Shown in pieces: positions 20,249-31,000 of a DNA stretch of 64,000 bases. The DNA lies in the IMG/VR virus record IMGVR_UViG_3300034117_001582, positions 62,001 to 126,000 of that record. The stretch is one strand, 5' to 3'. Each line of letters starts with the position of its first letter. Position 1 is the stretch's first letter. The notes under the pieces were generated by a model. That model was not told where the DNA came from. It did no database searches and was given only the letters and a program-made list of their open reading frames with translations. The position numbers and the translations under genes are program-made.

Positions 20249-22108
20249 TTAAACAATTTCACAGGCTCCACCAGCACAAGCGGCTTCACCTCTAAGGTCT
20301 GTATTATCTTGTAACTCAACCACTTTTGTAAGATCAACATCTGATAATGTTTTAACCAATCTTTCAAATTCTTCTTTTGTACAATCTTCAAAAGGAGCTT
20401 GGGTATAAGTTCCTCCGTTATATGGTAATACCGATAGTCCGTTATAGAAATCTCTATTATTCCACATCCATTCACCTACCAAGTCCCACTCATCTTCTTT
20501 AATTGAAACTGTTGCAGATACGTTGTGAGAGTTTTGTCCGTTTCTATGTCCAGGTTTAATCCATTCTTGAGATACTTTTTTAACTCTTTCCAACATTTGG
20601 AATACAGACTCGTGTCTTATAATTGCTCCTTCAGGTGCTTTTTGTGGTATACCAATAACTGCGGTATCGTGAGGACGGAAAAACTCATCTTCAATCAACT
20701 CAGGGTGATTAGTCGCCAAGTAAGAATAGATTGATTCATTCTTACCTACACGGATTCTTCTTAGGTAGTAATCATTATGCCAAGCGTGAATTCCTGATGA
20801 TGTACCCAAAACCAACGATGATGTTCCTGATGGTTTAACGGTTGTTGTTCTTGCAGATTTATTAATTCCAATAAGTGATGCAACTCTTTCGTTTTCTTCT
20901 TTAACCGCCTTAGCCGCTTTTTTCATATCATACCCTAAAACAACACCTGAACCAATACCTGTCATTCCAACACCAATAAGAGCATCTTTTTCAGTTGTTC
21001 GTTTCCAAATGTCTCTTAGATAATGGAAATCAGTGTATCCAGCCTGTAATGTACCAATGAATGATGCTGCTTTAACTCTTGCGTCGAAATCTTCTTGTGA
21101 TTCAATATCTGAAGCATTAACCTCACACAAGTTACAGAATTGAAATGGTCTAAGTGCAATTTCACAACAAGGATTGGTTCCCCAATCTTTGTCGTTTGAC
21201 AAATAGATACCCGGTTCCCCTGCTCCTGATAACTCAATTCTTTTCCAAAGACCCATAAAGAATTCTTTAGTGATTTTGTGTCGAAGAAGAACCGCCGAGT
21301 TATTAGCCCTACCTCTTTGTGCGTTTTGTTCCCACCAATTTCCTGACTTACAAGAAATCATTTCCTCGTCATCTGCAGAAAATAACGAGATAAGAGCCGC
21401 TCTTCTGATACCACCCGCTAATACCGCATCTGCAATATGACATACGATATCGTGAGTTTCGATTGGTGTTAATTTTTCACCATCTTTTTTGTTGTTCAAT
21501 ACTTTTGTAATATTGTGTATACAATCTTTTAATGGTTGAGGACCTGGAGCCTTTCCTCCTGATGTTACTAACATCGCACCTTTGTGTCTAATATCTGAAA
21601 AGTCAAATATAGGGGTTGATGATTTATAACCTAAATACGATTCCATTAACACTTTAATCGCGTCCGCCCATCCTTCAATAGAATCACCAATTAGGTAACG
21701 TCTTGTCCTTTCAGGGTTTGGTTTTTTAATATCTGGTAATTTTTCAACGTGATGTTTTTGAACTGAATACCCAACACCGGTACCACCTAAAAGTAAAAAC
21801 ATAGTTTCAGAAAAAGAGTCAACATGGTCTATCGGCATATACGCACAATTATAAACTCTATTTGGTGAAATTTCAATTGGTTTACCTCCAAATTGTAAAG
21901 ACCTCATTGATGGTAATACTTTCTTGTCGTATACCATTTTATATACCTCTTCAATCTCATTTTTAATGTTAGGGTACTTACGTTGGTGCATCTCTTTGTT
22001 TCGAGTTACCAATTCTTCCCAAGTCTCTCTCCGGTTCTTTTCGGGTTGAAACTTAGCGTATTTCATAAAGACAGTAATGTCACTTAATATTTTTTGCGAA
22101 ATATTCAT
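20249..22108 (-). CDS. nrdJ: class II (adenosylcobalamin-dependent, monomeric RTPR-type) ribonucleotide reductase
   Basis: LPSMRSL, NCAY, GTNPCCEI (thiyl Cys), FCNLCE, TTVKPSGT and C-terminal CAGGAC; no nrdB is adjacent. Confidence 0.9.
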   Translation of the reverse strand: MNISQKILSDITVFMKYAKFQPEKNRRETWEELVTRNKEMHQRKYPNIKNEIEEVYKMVYDKKVLPSMRSLQFGGKPIEISPNRVYNCAYMPIDHVDSFSETMFLLLGGTGVGYSVQKHHVEKLPDIKKPNPERTRRYLIGDSIEGWADAIKVLMESYLGYKSSTPIFDFSDIRHKGAMLVTSGGKAPGPQPLKDCIHNITKVLNNKKDGEKLTPIETHDIVCHIADAVLAGGIRRAALISLFSADDEEMISCKSGNWWEQNAQRGRANNSAVLLRHKITKEFFMGLWKRIELSGAGEPGIYLSNDKDWGTNPCCEIALRPFQFCNLCEVNASDIESQEDFDARVKAASFIGTLQAGYTDFHYLRDIWKRTTEKDALIGVGMTGIGSGVVLGYDMKKAAKAVKEENERVASLIGINKSARTTTVKPSGTSSLVLGTSSGIHAWHNDYYLRRIRVGKNESIYSYLATNHPELIEDEFFRPHDTAVIGIPQKAPEGAIIRHESVFQMLERVKKVSQEWIKPGHRNGQNSHNVSATVSIKEDEWDLVGEWMWNNRDFYNGLSVLPYNGGTYTQAPFEDCTKEEFERLVKTLSDVDLTKVVELQDNTDLRGEAACAGGACEIV

Positions 22109-22137
22109 TTTATTTTATTTTATTTTATTAATTTATG

Positions 22138-23517
22138 TTAAGATTCTTGTTGCTTTTGCTTCTTTCTTTCAAGTAGCTCTTTGATTCGGTTTTTGTTTCT
22201 TTCTTCTTTTTGTTCCTCATGACCAAGAAACGTCACGCTTTGTTCTGTATCTATTTCTAACATTCCGTTATCAAATTTACAGTTTTCAAAAACAATTCCG
22301 TCTTTACCAATTCTAGATTTGGTAATAGCGATTGTTGCCAAATTCATTTCTTTCTGTTGTAGACTCTTAGCCACCGTAATAATTACGTGACCAACTTGTG
22401 CCTTTTTAATAGACCCACCCATTTGGTCTGTTGTTACTACCTCTGATGATATTGAGCTTCTATTCCCTTGTGTTGCAGTCCAACCAGCGATGTCTAACTC
22501 GTGACACATCGATTCAAACCCTCTCATAACTGAACCTTCACTTTTCCATTCGTCACCCAAGTTCTTGTCAGGTACAACACAATCAATATAATCTAAAATT
22601 ATCATATCAACTTTATTACCTTCCGCAATCATCTTTCTTACTTGATTTTTAATTTGATTCATAGTAATCGTATCGGAAGGTAGTTTTTTCATTATCAACT
22701 TATTTTTCATAGTTGATTGAATGTGTTTGATTTTTTCCACAACTTCTATTTTGTTTTCAGATAAATCATCGGGATGTACTCCTGTCCAAAGCGTAAAGTG
22801 TTTTCTTTGAATAATTTTTGGGTTGTCTTCAAAAAAGATTTGAAGAACATTATACCCTAAGTTAAATGCGTGGTTAGCAATTTTAGTTGTAAATGTTGAT
22901 TTACCTACACCGGTTGGTGCTAAAATTACACCAATTTCACCTTTAGCCAAACCACCTTTTAATAAGTTGTCAATACCAGGGATTCCAATTGGAATGGGGT
23001 GTCTGTAATCATCATCCATAACCTCATCAATGTTAAAAAAAACATCAGTTGTTCCTTTGTCGGTTTCGCCAACTTGAAGTGCTCCACGTACCATTTCTTC
23101 TAACGTATCGTAACTCTCGAAATCACCTTTATCGATGATTGATTGAGCTTTAGTCATTACTTTTTGGAGTTCTTGTTGTTTACAAAACTTTAGGGCTTTT
23201 TCTTGTACGTACGCTGAACCATCATCTGAAACCGTCCTTACTTGGTCAAGAGTGTCTAAAATACTCTTCTGAGCCATCGGAGAACTAATTTCTGACTTTG
23301 TCAGTTGTTCAAGTGTATCAAACGTAGGTGTGTGCTCATATTTTGAATAAAACTCCTTTATCATTTGACAAATGATTCGGAAATATTGGTTATCAAAATA
23401 GTGCGGGTCAATAACTTCAATGATGGAATTTGAGAAATCTTTATAAACAATAATGTTATTTATTAATTGATTTTGAAAGGTATTCCCTAGATACCCGAAG
23501 TTCTTTTTGTCTGACAT
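22138..23517 (-). CDS. dnaB: replicative DnaB/gp41-like helicase
   Basis: Walker A APTGVGKS, Walker B IILDYID, TATQGNR and KSRIG. Confidence 0.9.
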   Translation of the reverse strand: MSDKKNFGYLGNTFQNQLINNIIVYKDFSNSIIEVIDPHYFDNQYFRIICQMIKEFYSKYEHTPTFDTLEQLTKSEISSPMAQKSILDTLDQVRTVSDDGSAYVQEKALKFCKQQELQKVMTKAQSIIDKGDFESYDTLEEMVRGALQVGETDKGTTDVFFNIDEVMDDDYRHPIPIGIPGIDNLLKGGLAKGEIGVILAPTGVGKSTFTTKIANHAFNLGYNVLQIFFEDNPKIIQRKHFTLWTGVHPDDLSENKIEVVEKIKHIQSTMKNKLIMKKLPSDTITMNQIKNQVRKMIAEGNKVDMIILDYIDCVVPDKNLGDEWKSEGSVMRGFESMCHELDIAGWTATQGNRSSISSEVVTTDQMGGSIKKAQVGHVIITVAKSLQQKEMNLATIAITKSRIGKDGIVFENCKFDNGMLEIDTEQSVTFLGHEEQKEERNKNRIKELLERKKQKQQES

Positions 23518-23555
23518 AATTTAATGATTTGTTATTTGTTTTCTAATAAATACTA

Positions 23556-24008
23556 TTAGGCGAATGAATAATTTAGGTAATTATAAGATAAATTTTTATC
23601 TGATAAAATGTCAGTCAGGTCTCTTAGAATGTTTTTTATTGATGGTCGTACGTCCAGCGTATATCTTACCTTCGGCGGGTATACTTTAGCATCAATCACT
23701 CTATGACAAATTGTCTCATTTCCTAACTTTAAAATGATGTTAAATACCTCCGGTCCATCCGTATTTGATGTTTCTAAAATACTAGAATCCTCTTCAATTT
23801 GAAAACGATTTTCTAACATATAGACAACACATTTATTTCTTAATTTAGTTTGTAAATCTAGAGATAACCCATTAAGGTAATTTAGAAGTTCAATACTATT
23901 TTTTGCTTTAATATTGAACCCTTTAACATTAAAAAATCTCTGAACAACAAAGTTGTTGTTTAATGTAATTAAGAATTCAACCTTTGTTACGTCGTTTTGT
24001 TCTTTCAT
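23556..24008 (-). CDS. hypothetical protein in the replication block
   Basis: 150-aa ORF between the exonuclease and the helicase. Confidence 0.6.
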   Translation of the reverse strand: MKEQNDVTKVEFLITLNNNFVVQRFFNVKGFNIKAKNSIELLNYLNGLSLDLQTKLRNKCVVYMLENRFQIEEDSSILETSNTDGPEVFNIILKLGNETICHRVIDAKVYPPKVRYTLDVRPSIKNILRDLTDILSDKNLSYNYLNYSFA

Positions 24009-24020
24009 GTTTTTTTTGTT

Positions 24021-25028
24021 TTACTTTTTGTTTTTAAACTTTGTTTTTTCTTTTCTTGTTAACTTTAAAAATGGTTTTATAAAATAAATCCAATTTTCGT
24101 CATTCTTTGGTAGGTATTTAAACAAACCATCTTCCATCATCATTCTAATTAAATTCTTATGTCCTCTTCCGTCGGGATCCATCGACTCGGAATAATAAGA
24201 TTCAACTAATTCTTTTCCTTCTTCACTTATTAGTGGTTCCGATAAATCTACAAGTTTTTTATTTATCTCGTAATACTCATTACCAAAAATACCATCCTTT
24301 GTTCTACCACTTAATAGGTTTTTTAAGGCTGAATTATCTTTATCTTCTTTTAAAAGTAATTCCCCTTTTGTTAAAATATCGGCGATATTTACCTCTTTGT
24401 CAAGTAACTCAGGAAATAACTTAACTAATGTTTTTTCTCCCAAATAATAAATACCATTAATATTGTCTGACTTGTCGCCAGATAATATTTTCCAAGTTTT
24501 AACATTATAGTGAGGTATCTCAACATCATACATTTTAATCATATCCCCATTCTTATAATGTTTTTTAGTACTCGGGGAATAGATACTCACATCTTCAGAG
24601 ATAAGCTGTGTAAGGTCTCTATCACTTGAGAAAATAGTTTTGTGTTCGTCTTTAGATATTTTACAGTAGTACGCAATAATATCATCAGCCTCACAAGCAT
24701 CAATTTCAATATGTCTTATAAACATCTCTTCAAGATATTGTTTTACCCTTGTCTTTTGATATGAGAATGAATGTACTTGTTCTTCGGTATTTGCTTGTCT
24801 TCGGTTAAGTTTATAATTGGGATAAAATAATCTTCGTTGTGTTGAACTACTTTCACTGTCCCAACAAACCACAACTTTATTGTAGTTTCCTTCATCCAAA
24901 AATCTTCTGGTTGTGTTTAAGAAATGCCAAATCCCGCCAACGTGTTCTCCTTTGTTATAAAAATCTTTGACCCCACAAACACCAATCTTTAGTAGATTGT
25001 TGCCGTCAATAACAAGAGTTTTAATCAT
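24021..25028 (-). CDS. 5'-3' exonuclease / flap endonuclease (T4 RNase H, PolI N-domain family)
   Basis: LVIDGNNL, YKLNR, EADDIIA, SSDRDLTQL and GDKSDNI.GI..LGEKT. Confidence 0.92.
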   Translation of the reverse strand: MIKTLVIDGNNLLKIGVCGVKDFYNKGEHVGGIWHFLNTTRRFLDEGNYNKVVVCWDSESSSTQRRLFYPNYKLNRRQANTEEQVHSFSYQKTRVKQYLEEMFIRHIEIDACEADDIIAYYCKISKDEHKTIFSSDRDLTQLISEDVSIYSPSTKKHYKNGDMIKMYDVEIPHYNVKTWKILSGDKSDNINGIYYLGEKTLVKLFPELLDKEVNIADILTKGELLLKEDKDNSALKNLLSGRTKDGIFGNEYYEINKKLVDLSEPLISEEGKELVESYYSESMDPDGRGHKNLIRMMMEDGLFKYLPKNDENWIYFIKPFLKLTRKEKTKFKNKK

Positions 25029-25060
25029 TTAAATTTTTTAAGTTGTTTGAAAATACTTTT

Positions 25061-26044
25061 TTACTCGTCAGAGTCATCATCAGATTCGTCTAAAGAATAA
25101 TCTGAATACCCTAATTTTGTTTCCCAATAATCAGAATATTCTTTCTTATAGTTATCCAAAGATTCTTTTGTGTCTGTAATATAACCTTGTGGTACCGCAA
25201 TAATCTTACCATCTTTATATCCAAGACCATTAACATGATTCTTTAATATAGAAATTTTTGTTCTAATTGCAAACGATACTTTTCTACCATTCTTAGTAGC
25301 ATCAATGTGACTAATACCCGCCTTTTTCTGATTACCAAATAAGAACACTAATGATGATGCTAACCATATTGCCTCACCACCCTTAGCCTTTATTTCAGGT
25401 TGTCCAAACGGATTGTCAGGAAGTAACACCCAAGGTTGATTTAAAATCACAAGAGTGTTATAATAAGGGTATTCTTCTTTTTTAGATTTTGAAATCCTTG
25501 AATGAATTCCCATACCAATCTTATCTGCAAGTACCTTAGCGTTGTGCATACCACCACCTTTTCCATCAAAAGTCATCTGACAAGGGACACTACCAATACT
25601 ATCCCATAAAAACAATAGGCTATAAGGTATGTCTCCTTTTTCTTGAGAATCAAGTATTTCATTAATAAACTCGGTTGCTTGTTCGATAACGTCAAATGAA
25701 TCATTAAAGATAAACATACCATCATACTCACCAAGTTCGTTTTTCTCCGCTTGCAATCCTAATTCAATTGCGTGTTCCCAAGACCATTTTTTCTCAGTAA
25801 TAATAAGAACAGGTAAATGACCTTTCTTTTGCGCATCGGCCGCCGCCAATATCATTGCCGTTGTTTTTGAAGTGTTTGAATGCCCCAAGAACATATTAAC
25901 ACCACCCATTACAGGGCCAGGTAAACCACAAGAGTTCATAAAGGCCTCACCACAATTATAAAAACTTTCGGGTTTATATTTTGTTTTGGTTGAGAACTTA
26001 TTTTTTATTGCGTCTAAACTAAATTCTTTCTTTTTCAATGCCAT
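25061..26044 (-). CDS. RecA/UvsX-like recombinase
   Basis: P-loop GHSNTSKTT, Walker B FLWDSIG, ILNQ, GGEAI and KNHV; the gene is next to SSB. The ATG at 26042-26044 is the preferred start. Confidence 0.85.
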   Translation of the reverse strand: MALKKKEFSLDAIKNKFSTKTKYKPESFYNCGEAFMNSCGLPGPVMGGVNMFLGHSNTSKTTAMILAAADAQKKGHLPVLIITEKKWSWEHAIELGLQAEKNELGEYDGMFIFNDSFDVIEQATEFINEILDSQEKGDIPYSLLFLWDSIGSVPCQMTFDGKGGGMHNAKVLADKIGMGIHSRISKSKKEEYPYYNTLVILNQPWVLLPDNPFGQPEIKAKGGEAIWLASSLVFLFGNQKKAGISHIDATKNGRKVSFAIRTKISILKNHVNGLGYKDGKIIAVPQGYITDTKESLDNYKKEYSDYWETKLGYSDYSLDESDDDSDE

Positions 26045-26076
26045 AATAATCAATATTTGTTATAAAAAATATATAT

Positions 26077-26107
26077 AAAAAAACGGGAACTTTAAATGGT
26101 CCCCGCC
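26077..26107 (-). terminator. rho-independent terminator after SSB
   Basis: Minus strand GCGGGGAC-catttaaa-GTTCCCGT followed by a T run. Confidence 0.7.
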
Positions 26108-26129
26108 TAATTTTTTGTTGTTAATAAAC

Positions 26130-26987
26130 TTAGAATGGTAGGTCTTCTGCAGGCTCTTCATTCACTTGTGGATCCACTACAGGAATCTCTTGTTTTGTTT
26201 TTGTTCCACCAATAGAAATGTCAGCACTTTCACCATAAACATATTTTTTAAGTTCTGTACTCCACATTGGCGTCTCTCCGATTGCAATTGCTTCCAAATA
26301 CTCAACAGGTTTTTTAGCGTATACATCATTCCATGTTAATTCGTCATCCAACCATCCACTCATGATTTCTTTATCTTCGTGAAGTAATGCTTGGTCTTCA
26401 TACATAACCGTTTGAATTACCGTGTATTCTTTTCCTTGTGGTGTTTTTGCTTTCTTAAGTTCGATGATTAAGTCACGTCCTTTTTCTGCGTCAGTGATAT
26501 CACCCTTAGCTTTCCAAATAGGAAGGATTTTATCCAAAATTCCCTCATTTTTGTAGTTGTGTTTGAATCTCCAAAATTTAACACCATCTTGTTCGTTATC
26601 GCGGTCAACAACTTTTACAATGTAAAATAAACGTGAACGATATTGTGAAGCTAAATCTTTATCTTCTTTTTTACCTGTTTGGATTAGTTCGTTATAAACT
26701 TCTGTAAGTGGAGAACGTTCGTTGTCATTCTTACTCGGGTCATATAACTTAACCCATTGTCCGTTTACCATGATTTCGTGATACCATACTTCAACAAATG
26801 GCGATGAACCATCTTTTGTGGGTAAAATACGAACTCTACGTTGTGCGGATGTTTCGTTTTTCATTAAGATTGCGGAAAAATATCTCTTTAATCTGTCTTC
26901 TTGTGAGATGTTTACTCTCTGTGAACCACTTGGTTGTGCGTTCTTCTCGTACTGCGCAAGTACGGAATCTAATACTGAATTTGCCAT
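26130..26987 (-). CDS. single-stranded DNA-binding protein (T4 gp32-like)
   Basis: RVRILP, PFVEVWYH, VVDRDNEQDGVKFW, DITD..KGRDL and an acidic C-terminal EDLPF tail. Confidence 0.85.
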   Translation of the reverse strand: MANSVLDSVLAQYEKNAQPSGSQRVNISQEDRLKRYFSAILMKNETSAQRRVRILPTKDGSSPFVEVWYHEIMVNGQWVKLYDPSKNDNERSPLTEVYNELIQTGKKEDKDLASQYRSRLFYIVKVVDRDNEQDGVKFWRFKHNYKNEGILDKILPIWKAKGDITDAEKGRDLIIELKKAKTPQGKEYTVIQTVMYEDQALLHEDKEIMSGWLDDELTWNDVYAKKPVEYLEAIAIGETPMWSTELKKYVYGESADISIGGTKTKQEIPVVDPQVNEEPAEDLPF

Positions 26988-27022
26988 AAATTAATTTTAA
27001 ATTATTACTCTTTTATCTACAA

Positions 27023-27053
27023 CAAATATAGGTACAAATGTCAGAATGTCAAA
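27023..27053 (-). promoter_or_regulatory. Bacteroidota-type sigma70 promoter for SSB
   Basis: Minus strand TTTG (27053-27050), a 19-nt spacer, then TATATTTG (27030-27023) matches TTTG-N19-21-TAnnTTTG; the site also reads TTGACA. Confidence 0.6.
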
Positions 27054-27064
27054 TGAAATGGCAT

Positions 27065-27090
27065 AAAAAAAGGGGACTTACAATCCCCTT
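27065..27090 (-). terminator. rho-independent terminator
   Basis: Minus strand AAGGGGA-ttgtaag-TCCCCTT followed by a T run. Confidence 0.75.
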
Positions 27091-27107
27091 AAATTTTTAT
27101 TTTTATA

Positions 27108-27773
27108 TTACAATGCGTTATCGTTTTCGTCGTAAACATTAAATGTTTTTTTAACTTCATTTGGTGAAAAATTTTCAACATCATCAGAAGTTAATACATA
27201 TTCATTTTTACCTGTCGCTTCCATCTCATCTTTTTTATCATCAAAGAAATCCGTTAATTTTTGGTTAAATGGGTAAGAATCTAATGAACGTAACATTAAT
27301 TTTTCTTCAGGAGTTTTTTCTCGGTATTTGTCAAATTTAGCTTCAAGACCACTAATCTTATCCATGATTTCGTCCATGTGTGATAATTTACTTTCTAATT
27401 CATCTAACTTAGTAAATATGCCATCCATAAACTCATCTTGTTTAGCCTGTATTTCTTGTTGTGTAGTAACAAGATCTGTGATATCGATTTCTTCTGACTC
27501 TCCTTCTCCACCTTCAGGTTCATTACCAACTTCTTCAACATCAGGGTCATTTTCTATATCAATTGGCTCTGGAATTGCATCACCTCCTGCCGGTGGTGCT
27601 CCTGCAGCGTCTGCCGGTGGTGGCACTTCACCTATAGGTGGTTCCAATCCAGGATCCGCAACCGGATCAACAGGTGCGGGTGGTGCTGGTGGTTCGGGCT
27701 GCTCATTTAAGACGTAGGTATTAATCTGATTGAATCTTTTTAATTCTTCTAATATTTTTCTATCTAAACTCAT
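27108..27773 (-). CDS. acidic Pro-rich coiled-coil protein (possible internal head or scaffold-like protein)
   Basis: N-terminal ILEELKR..VLNEQ leader, a Pro/Ala/Glu-rich disordered region and a heptad-rich middle. Confidence 0.5.
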   Translation of the reverse strand: MSLDRKILEELKRFNQINTYVLNEQPEPPAPPAPVDPVADPGLEPPIGEVPPPADAAGAPPAGGDAIPEPIDIENDPDVEEVGNEPEGGEGESEEIDITDLVTTQQEIQAKQDEFMDGIFTKLDELESKLSHMDEIMDKISGLEAKFDKYREKTPEEKLMLRSLDSYPFNQKLTDFFDDKKDEMEATGKNEYVLTSDDVENFSPNEVKKTFNVYDENDNAL

Positions 27774-27784
27774 TTTTTTAATTT

Positions 27785-28009
27785 TTAACCATTTAATAAT
27801 GTCTTAACCCCTTGCGGAGTTTCAACCTTTAACGTTCTATTTGTTTTCATAGTATTATCTACTCTTTCAATCAAACCATCTTTCATTCTGATTGTATAGC
27901 AATCGCCGGTATCTAAATCACAAACTTCTTGGTATCCGTTACCACCATCTTTTTGAGTTACACGAACATCTTTTTTAAGATAATCGTCAAGTAAATTTTT
28001 CATGTTCAT
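27785..28009 (-). CDS. small hypothetical protein
   Basis: EVCDLDTGDCY (Cys pair). The start is placed at ATG 28009, downstream of the TATTTAT at 28025-28031. Confidence 0.6.
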   Translation of the reverse strand: MNMKNLLDDYLKKDVRVTQKDGGNGYQEVCDLDTGDCYTIRMKDGLIERVDNTMKTNRTLKVETPQGVKTLLNG

Positions 28010-28038
28010 ACTTTTTATTTTTATATAAATATACGACA

Positions 28039-31000
28039 CTAAGGGTTTTGTACAAAAAACTCATAACTATCTTTAAATATCTTAACATACGCATCATACG
28101 TAGTCGCATTATTTAATAATAAATCATTTTCAACGTAATCTTTAATTTGTTGAGCGTTTAATGATGATGTTACCGCGGCAGCAGTTTTCCATGTGGTTAG
28201 GGCCAATTGGGTCAATGCTTTACCATAACTAACATTAACATCAATATTAGGATTAACATTTTTTAAATTTTGAATCATTGGGGAATAAACCTGATAATAA
28301 GAAATCATATAATTTGTTGCCGTTAATATATTTGGGAATTTAGCAATAGGTACTTTAATTCCAGATATATCAACACAAGATTGTTCGGTAATAAATGTTG
28401 CTAAATTTCCTCTTGGTGCGTTTGATGTTGTAATTTCATACAAATTATTATTAATTACGTTATATATTAGGTTATTACGTGTATTTAATGTTGATATGAT
28501 GGCAATCCCTAAAAGTAATGCCCTAATTTCCGTATTTGTTGTTGCCGAATCTATAACACTAATAATTTCATTAAGAGTATAAGTACTAGCACTTATATCT
28601 AAGAACGGAATTGTTGGGTAAGCCGACGTATCCCTACATTTTACTTCGGTTGTTGTAATAATTTTTGGGTCCTCAGTTAATAATTTCTCAGTCGGCGATT
28701 GTGCAGTAACTCCAGATTCTGGAATTACTTTTTTAATTTTTTCTTTAAATGAACTTAATATCTTCTTATTAACATTAACTAATAAATTATCAACGTTAGG
28801 TAAACTATATTTAGGTATTCTAGTACCTTTAAAATCAGTATCAAAACCACTTTCAGAAACATTATGATTTACTTCGTATATCCAATAAGGACCATAAAAC
28901 ATTGGCACATGTCTTAATACAAAATACATTGTAGGTTGTATCATAACATTCCCCATAGACTGCACACCACAAGAATACGATCTAGACTTATATACCCCAT
29001 ACATTGATGTAGATTGTTGTCCTACTTTATCTCCAGCAACAGAACTCCCTATATCAGCAAAAACTTTAAAAGATTCTGACGTATTTTTCATTTCCGACAT
29101 ATCTAAATCTAAAGTTTTAAATATACTTTGATTTTGTATACCAAAATCAACACTAAAACCAACAACTTTGTTTGTTTTTGAGTAATCTCTATTAGGGTCA
29201 GAAACCCTTAGTGGGTTATCTGGTACTCTTAAATCAAAACTATCATCACCAAATCTATTAAATGAATTTTCTTTTGGTTTAGGGTACTCTGACGGGTTAC
29301 CCATATATAAACATAAAAATTTAGGACTTGATTTTGTATAGTCAACCTCCAAATATGTACCAAAAAGCGAATTACCTACGTTGGGGTCTTCGACGGCCTT
29401 TCCGTTTTTAACCGCCTCTTGTAATCCATAAAAATTAATATATGCTGGCATTGCCATAAACATAAACTGGTTATCATCTAATATATTACTAACGGCCTGC
29501 ATTAAGTTCATATTAGGATTTTTATCCGTATCCAAACTATCAACTACTTTTTGTACGTCAACAATATAGGTATCACCAATATCACTATTAGCTCTATCCA
29601 TAAATAAAAAGTCTTCAAATAGTGTTACGGTTTTTAAATCAGAACCAGCAATCCATTTATCATTAAACCCTTTTAAAGTATTATATAAAGTTAATTTTGT
29701 GTTATCGCCATTAACCGTAACCGGTTGGGTATTTGTGGTTATTTGGATGTCTTTTAATATCTTATTTAGATTAGTGAACGTTTCACTAACAATACCATTT
29801 TGTAAGTTATACTGCGATGTTAAGTAATTGTTTATGAAAGTTGTGAATTTTGTACTATTAAAGGTAGGGTCTTTTAATTTTTGTTCTGCGTATAATCTTA
29901 TTAATGGATATGCGGTTTCAACGTTTGCTGAATTAAACGCAATGTTATTATCAATAAAGAAATCGGTTACGTATGATTTTTGAGTGTTTTGTAGTGGAGT
30001 GACATTTGGGTTGGGGTTAGTTGGTGTTGGTGTTGTTGTTTGGTTACCGCTTACTGTAGAAATGTTTGCAGACAATGTTTGATAACTTACACCGGTTACC
30101 GCATATTTAACGGTCATTATATAATTACCAGAAGTGTTACCATTAACCTCAAATACTCTCGCGTAGTTTGTATCTAAACCACTACTACCATTAAATGGTA
30201 ATGAACTATTATTAGGGTCATTTATATTACTATTTGCAGGATAAAATAGAGTACTACTAAAATTTAGTGGTTCAAAAACAGGTATTCCTGTTAATTTATA
30301 AACGGTATATCCACCACTAGGTTTAACAATATTAAAGTAGTTAATGTTATCTTGATTTGGTGTTTCAGGTAATATAACAGAACTATCACCAACAAATTCT
30401 AATTGTAGTGATGTATTTAATGGAGATTGTGAGCAATTTACATTTGTATTCCAAAAAGACATACAAAAACTTTCTGGCAAAAGGTTTCCGGTATTTCCGT
30501 CAAGATATGTATTGTCCTCAGCAACTATATTATAGTTAGTAGTTATTGCACTATCTGATACTTTTCTAGCACAGAATTTTTTATCTTGTGATGCACTATC
30601 AACAACATCCAAATACCATATATCCCCATTAGTGTAGTTTAGCGAAGAAAAATTGTTCGGGTCAGTTATATTAAAATATTGTCCTGTACATACATCTTGA
30701 AAAGTTCTAAATGTTTGTGTCGGTATTGGTGGAATATATGTGTAATTTACAAATGATGTTGAGGTCGGGATTGATGCCGCTAATGGTACGGAAGGAAAAG
30801 ATGGTTGTACTTGAGTTTGGAAGTCTAATTTTGGTATTGTAGAATACCCCAAATACTTTCTTAATGAGTCCCACGCATCTTTATTTTGTGCGACACTTTG
30901 TAGTAATGTTACAGATGTTCCGTCACCAGGTAATGTGCCTTTAATATAAGGTGAAAATTGATATTTATCGGTTGGTACAAATTGTGTTAGATTAGAAAAC

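Noticed and set aside
25860-25890. Inactive RecA because the Walker A reads GHSNTSKT
   Set aside because: Phage UvsX proteins also deviate at this Gly, and the Lys-Thr and Walker B are intact.
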